A DNA stretch of 64,000 bases from Dicyema japonicum (Eukaryota > Animalia > Dicyemida). Within the stretch, counting starts at the first letter, position 1; each line of letters opens with the position of its first letter. Both the position numbers and the translations under genes were made by a program. Under the pieces are notes generated by a model, which made no database searches, was not told the origin of the DNA, and saw nothing but the letters and a program-made list of their open reading frames with translations. This document shows, one piece after another, positions 63,379 through 64,000 of this stretch. The stretch lies in the NCBI GenBank assembly GCA_011109175.1, contig RDEW01000010.1, forward strand, positions 62,001 to 126,000, in the 5' to 3' direction.

Positions 63379-64000
63379 ATTTAGATCAAGTCTGGACATT
63401 TCTACTCAGAAATGTCCTTCGTTAGAAAATCCGAATTTCTAATACCTCCCAATTCTGTCATTCCATCCATGCTCAGGAAAAAAAATAAGAGAATTTTTCA
63501 TTCACCATAAACCAGATATTCCATGCTCAACCTTTGAACAAACAACCAATCATATTATTAACCCGGGCTTACAATCTTTGGTTGTTTTTCTTATGGTTAG
63601 GTAGTGGCGTCCCTAGTGGGTATAGGGCCAACAGATCCAAGTCATGGAGTTCACATTATTAAATTATACTAACTTTTTTCTCGATTTTTTTCATCATAGA
63701 CAAGATCGACTCCTAGTGATCACTGTGTCTATTGACAGCACTGAAGACTTTGAACGTACTTATTTTAATCAATGGCAGATGCGTGTTCGCTGTGAATTTC
63801 CTTATCGCTCTTCGTGAAGCGCGGTCAATGACCTTCTTTTTGTTATTACGACGATGTCACGCTTGCGCAGAATAACGTGGCGACAGTTGTTTTTTCCTTG
63901 CTGCAGTCTTCTTTTTGATTTCTTGTGTGTATTAATTTCCTCTACTTTTATCCGACAAATAAAGTGAATATAACCAAGCGGGGCTCAAAATTGCCGCGAG

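Overview
AT-rich eukaryotic (animal) genomic DNA. It is not prokaryotic, and it contains no CRISPR array, rRNA or intact tRNA. Five compact host genes carry many 20-26 nt GT-AG introns: cohesin SMC1, a LIM-homeobox gene of the Awh/Lhx6/8 type, an alpha-actinin with a shortened rod, lysosomal Pro-X carboxypeptidase and a GLUT-family sugar transporter. They sit as islands among decayed transposons covering about half of the window by my annotation: RTE-like and I/Jockey-group LINEs, CRE-like and R4/Dong-like restriction-endonuclease-type (REL) retrotransposons, hAT, pogo and a MITE. Metazoan genes with intron-rich but miniaturised structure suggest a myxozoan cnidarian or a similarly reduced parasite (inference). 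The highlights are: (1) a ~2.1 kb satellite of 61-bp units born from the RT coding sequence of an R4-like element, with a visible microhomology seed and a 9-unit higher-order repeat; (2) a full-length, TSD-flanked CRE-like element with an N-terminal PHD-like finger and an oligo-T 3' end; (3) a ~400-bp internally deleted RTE derivative present twice with the same junction; (4) a reduced-rod alpha-actinin; (5) a 140-bp duplication around a LINE insertion. Exon boundaries were traced by hand, and coordinates of decayed elements are approximate.
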